Part shown: positions 61,801-64,000 of the stretch, piece by piece
Layout: each line of letters opens with the position of its first letter
Numbering within the stretch: the first letter of the stretch is position 1
Assembly: GCA_965637545.1 (NCBI GenBank)
Contig: OZ281496.1
Span: 24,924,001 to 24,988,000, forward strand
Origin: Phallusia mammillata
Taxonomy: Eukaryota
Length of the DNA: 64,000 nucleotides
Direction: 5' to 3'
Translations under genes and position numbers: made by a program
The notes under the pieces: generated by a model
The model's database searches: none
What the model saw: only the letters and a program-made list of their open reading frames with translations
Told to the model about the DNA's origin: nothing

Positions 61801-64000
61801 TCAAAATTGTCTTGAGCGGAAAGGTAAATGAGGCAGTTGGAGTAGAACTGCTCGGAATGGTCATTGAACCACTCTGCAAAGCTGAAAAACAACAAAGAAA
61901 TGAAGAGTCAGTCAGATTTTTTACACAAATCAACTCGACAGGGGGCCTCACTTTGGGGCACACTTGGTGTGGTGGTGGTGGTGATATTTTTGTTAGCAAG
62001 CGCTTTGGGTTCTGAAACAAAACACAAACTTGAAATCTAATTTCCAATGTTTGCAATATTAATCATAATCAAAAGCATTACACTATTTGCCATGCAATGC
62101 AAACAACAATCTTCGAAATTTAACATCACAAACTCATTACCTGGAAAAACTTCATAGTGCAATGGAAATGATTGGTTCCACCCTGATGGCAAATCAGTTC
62201 GTATCACTTGCACAGTGAAATTGGAGTCACAAACTTTGGTGACTTTCAAAGTAAAGGTATGTTTGGGTAAACCAGGTGCAGTCACCATCACTTCAACACT
62301 CTTGTTCAAAGTTTTCTTGAGAGGAAAGGTAAATGATGCAGTTGGAGTAGAACTGCTCGGAATGGTCATTGAACCAGTCTGCAAAGCTGAAAAACAACAG
62401 AGAAGTAAAGAGTCGATCATATTTTTCACACAAATCTAGTGGCAAAGGGACTTACTTTGGGGCACACTTGGTGTAGTGGTAGTGATATTTTTGTTGGCAA
62501 GAGATTTGGGTTCTGAAACAAAACACAAATTTGAAATTTGATTTTTAATGTTTCCAATATTAACTGTGCATGAGAGCGGTACTCTATCTGGGAACACGAC
62601 ACACAGCAAAATATTTCAATTTTAAGAACTCAATCTCATTACCTGGATGGATTTCATAGTGCAATGGAAATGAATTGTTCCACCCTGATGGCAAATCAGT
62701 TCGTTTCACTTCCACAGTGAAATTGGAGTCACAAATTTTAGTGACTTTCAAAGTAAAGGTATGCTTGGGTAGACCAGGCGCAGTAACCATCACTTCAACA
62801 CTCTTGTTCAAAGTTTTATTGAAAGGAAAGGTAAATGAGGCAGTTGGAGTAGAACTGCTCGGAATGGTCATTGAACCATTCTGCAAAGCTGAAAAACACA
62901 AAGAAATGAAGAGTCAGTCAGATTTTTCGCATCAATCTACTGGACAAAGGGCCTTACTTTGGGGCACACTTGGTGTGGTGGTGGTAGTGATATTTTTGTT
63001 GACAAGGGCTTTGGGTTCTGAAACAAAAGACAAACTTCATGTTTGATGTTTCATGTTTGCAATAATAACTGTGCATAAAGAGCGTTACTCTTTTAGGAAC
63101 ACAACACAAGGAAAAATATTTAAATTTTAAGAACACGATCTCATTACCTGGATAGACTTCATAGTGCAATGGAAATGATTGGTTCCACCCTGATGGCAAA
63201 TCAGTTCGTTTCACTTGCACAGTGAAATTGGAGTCACAAACTTTGGTGACTTTCAAATTAAAGGTATGCTTGGGTAGACCAGGTGCTGTCACCATCACTT
63301 TAACGCTCTTGTCCAAAGTTGTATTGAAAGGAAAGGTAAATGAGGCAGTTGGAGTAGAACTGCTCGGAATGGTCATTGAACCAGTCTGCAAAGCTGAAAA
63401 ACAAAAAACAGATAAAGAGTCAGTCAGATTTTTCGCACCAATCTACTGGACAAAGGGTCTTACTTTGGGGCACACTTGGTGTGGTGGTAGTGATATTTTT
63501 GGTGGCAAGCGCTTTGGGTTCTGAAACAAAACATAAACTTGAAATGTAATTTCCATTGTTCGCAATATTAATCATAATCAAAAGCATTACACTATTTGGC
63601 ATGCAATGCAAACAACAATCTTTGAAATTCAACATCACAAACTCATTACCTGGAAAAACTTCATAGTGCAATGGAAATGATTGGTTCCACCCTGATGGCA
63701 AATCAGTTCGTTTCACTTGCACAGTGAAATTGGAGTCACAAACTTCTATGACTTTCAAATTAAAGGTATGCTTTGGTAGACCAGGTGCAGTCACCATCAC
63801 TTCAACGCTCTTGTCCAAAGTTGTATTGAAAGGAAAGGTAAATGAGGCAGTTGGAGTAGAACTGCTCGGAATGGTCATTGAACCAGTCTGCAAAGCTGAA
63901 AAACACAAAGAAATGAAGAGTCAGTCAGATTTTTCGCACCAATCTACTGGACAAAGGGCCTTACTTTGGGGCACACTTGGTGTGGTGGTGGTAGTGATAT
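43822..64000 (-). CDS. Gene C: adhesion GPCR with at least 18 H-type-lectin-like modules, mucin, HRM/GAIN and 7TM; its 5' end lies beyond the window
   Basis: Last exon GVVMFLVYCFFPAVIRAML...ERPGAKA* (stop at 43822). 7TM, GPS, GAIN and HRM-like (IYCPKTAILVGGTTYNFAQTEVGISATSAETC) exons follow in order. Upstream modules are phase-1 exons that splice in frame. Confidence 0.8.
46377..46545. mobile_element. Tc1/pogo (Tigger-like) MITE
   Basis: TIRs cagtaaacctcggttaa / ttaaccgaggtttttactg, followed by TA. Confidence 0.7.
47458..47595 (-). CDS. Gene C GPS exon
   Basis: 138-nt exon: EYVTRTQCKSYKTALGQWTAQDCSYVLNSFPQMCICKQVTDYSLVV. Confidence 0.88.
51985..52110. mobile_element. Second copy of the same Tc1/pogo-like MITE family
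   Basis: ta|cagtaaaccacggttaa ... ttaaccgaggtttact; internal similarity to 46377-46545. Confidence 0.65.
52386..52634 (-). CDS. Gene C diverged H-type-lectin-like module
   Basis: 249-nt exon: ...LTIPFNTAIKFRNQTVTATL...FKINVTNITDCCFTVRIERTDKKAGHNSTLTIDWKLV. Confidence 0.72.
53108..53356. mobile_element. hAT-type MITE
   Basis: TIRs cagtggttcc / ggaaccactg; flanks tcttaacg / tcttaacc (7 of 8 match). Confidence 0.8.
53474..53713 (-). CDS. Gene C diverged H-type-lectin-like module
   Basis: 240-nt exon: ...FQVNVDKILPTSFDSIVNRIDKVSGWNASFIVQFELQG. Confidence 0.68.
54512..54592 (-). pseudogene. tRNA-derived SINE head or tRNA pseudogene in an intron
   Basis: Minus strand ends ...ctgggttcgaatcccaccg (perfect B-box/T-arm). 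No convincing full cloverleaf. Confidence 0.5.
54737..54982 (-). CDS. Gene C diverged H-type-lectin-like module
   Basis: 246-nt exon: ...SIKFPHCLNSSASIKLQL...FDMLITAITDTGFNVTVVRTDQVAGWSDSPILQWRAING. Confidence 0.75.
55904..56149 (-). CDS. Gene C array-proximal diverged copy of the array module
   Basis: 246-nt exon: ...LSKTFNKNVEIRISV...TKICDSSLSVRVTRTDSNSGWKKSFPLHVEVFP. Confidence 0.78.
56306..56638. mobile_element. hAT (Charlie-like) MITE
   Basis: TIRs cagtggttcccaacct / aggttgggaacccctg; perfect 8-bp TSD tgttaaac. Confidence 0.9.
57101..64000 (-). repeat. Coding tandem array: 14 complete ~504-bp units (246-nt domain exon, about 57-63 nt linker exon, two introns), continuing off the right edge
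   Basis: First domain exon 57101-57346, last 63650-63895. Each encodes LQTGSMTIPSSSTPTASFTFPF...VCDSNFTVQVKRTDLPSGWNQSFPLHYEVFP; linker (E)PKxLxNKNITTTTPSVPQ. All exons checked are phase 1. Confidence 0.93.

Noticed and set aside
57101-64000. Plus-strand ORFs (MKLESQT...) and long unspliced minus-strand ORFs in the array
   Set aside because: These are antisense shadows and intron read-through of the spliced minus-strand exons. The ORF extensions cross clear GT/AG sites.

Overview
Eukaryotic, AT-rich genomic DNA with many short (about 60-300 nt) spliceosomal introns. This style fits an invertebrate chordate such as an ascidian, which is an inference. The window is a minus-strand tandem cluster of adhesion GPCR (aGPCR) genes with lectin-type ectodomains. 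Gene A (2162-7434) has a signal peptide, one C-type lectin domain (CTLD), a mucin stalk, HRM/GAIN and 7TM. Gene B (9347-30063) has a signal peptide, three CTLDs, seven ~80-95 aa beta-rich modules resembling the H-type lectin pattern, long mucin stalks, GAIN and 7TM. Gene C (43822 to beyond 64000) has at least 18 such modules, 14 of them in a near-identical ~504-bp exon/intron tandem array that runs off the right edge. The first exon of a fourth paralog lies at 62-122. All three visible GPS motifs lack the canonical H-L/T(S) autoproteolysis triad, while B and C carry a furin-type site (RKRR, RVKR) in the same GAIN loop. The interval between B and C (about 31-43 kb) holds three copies of a promoter-like element. 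Each precedes ORF-poor exon-like segments, and all point towards a tandem array of tRNA-like (A-box/B-box) units. Several hAT-type and Tc1/pogo-type MITEs sit in introns. Gene models were spliced by eye from GT/GC-AG signals and reading-frame continuity. No database search was run.
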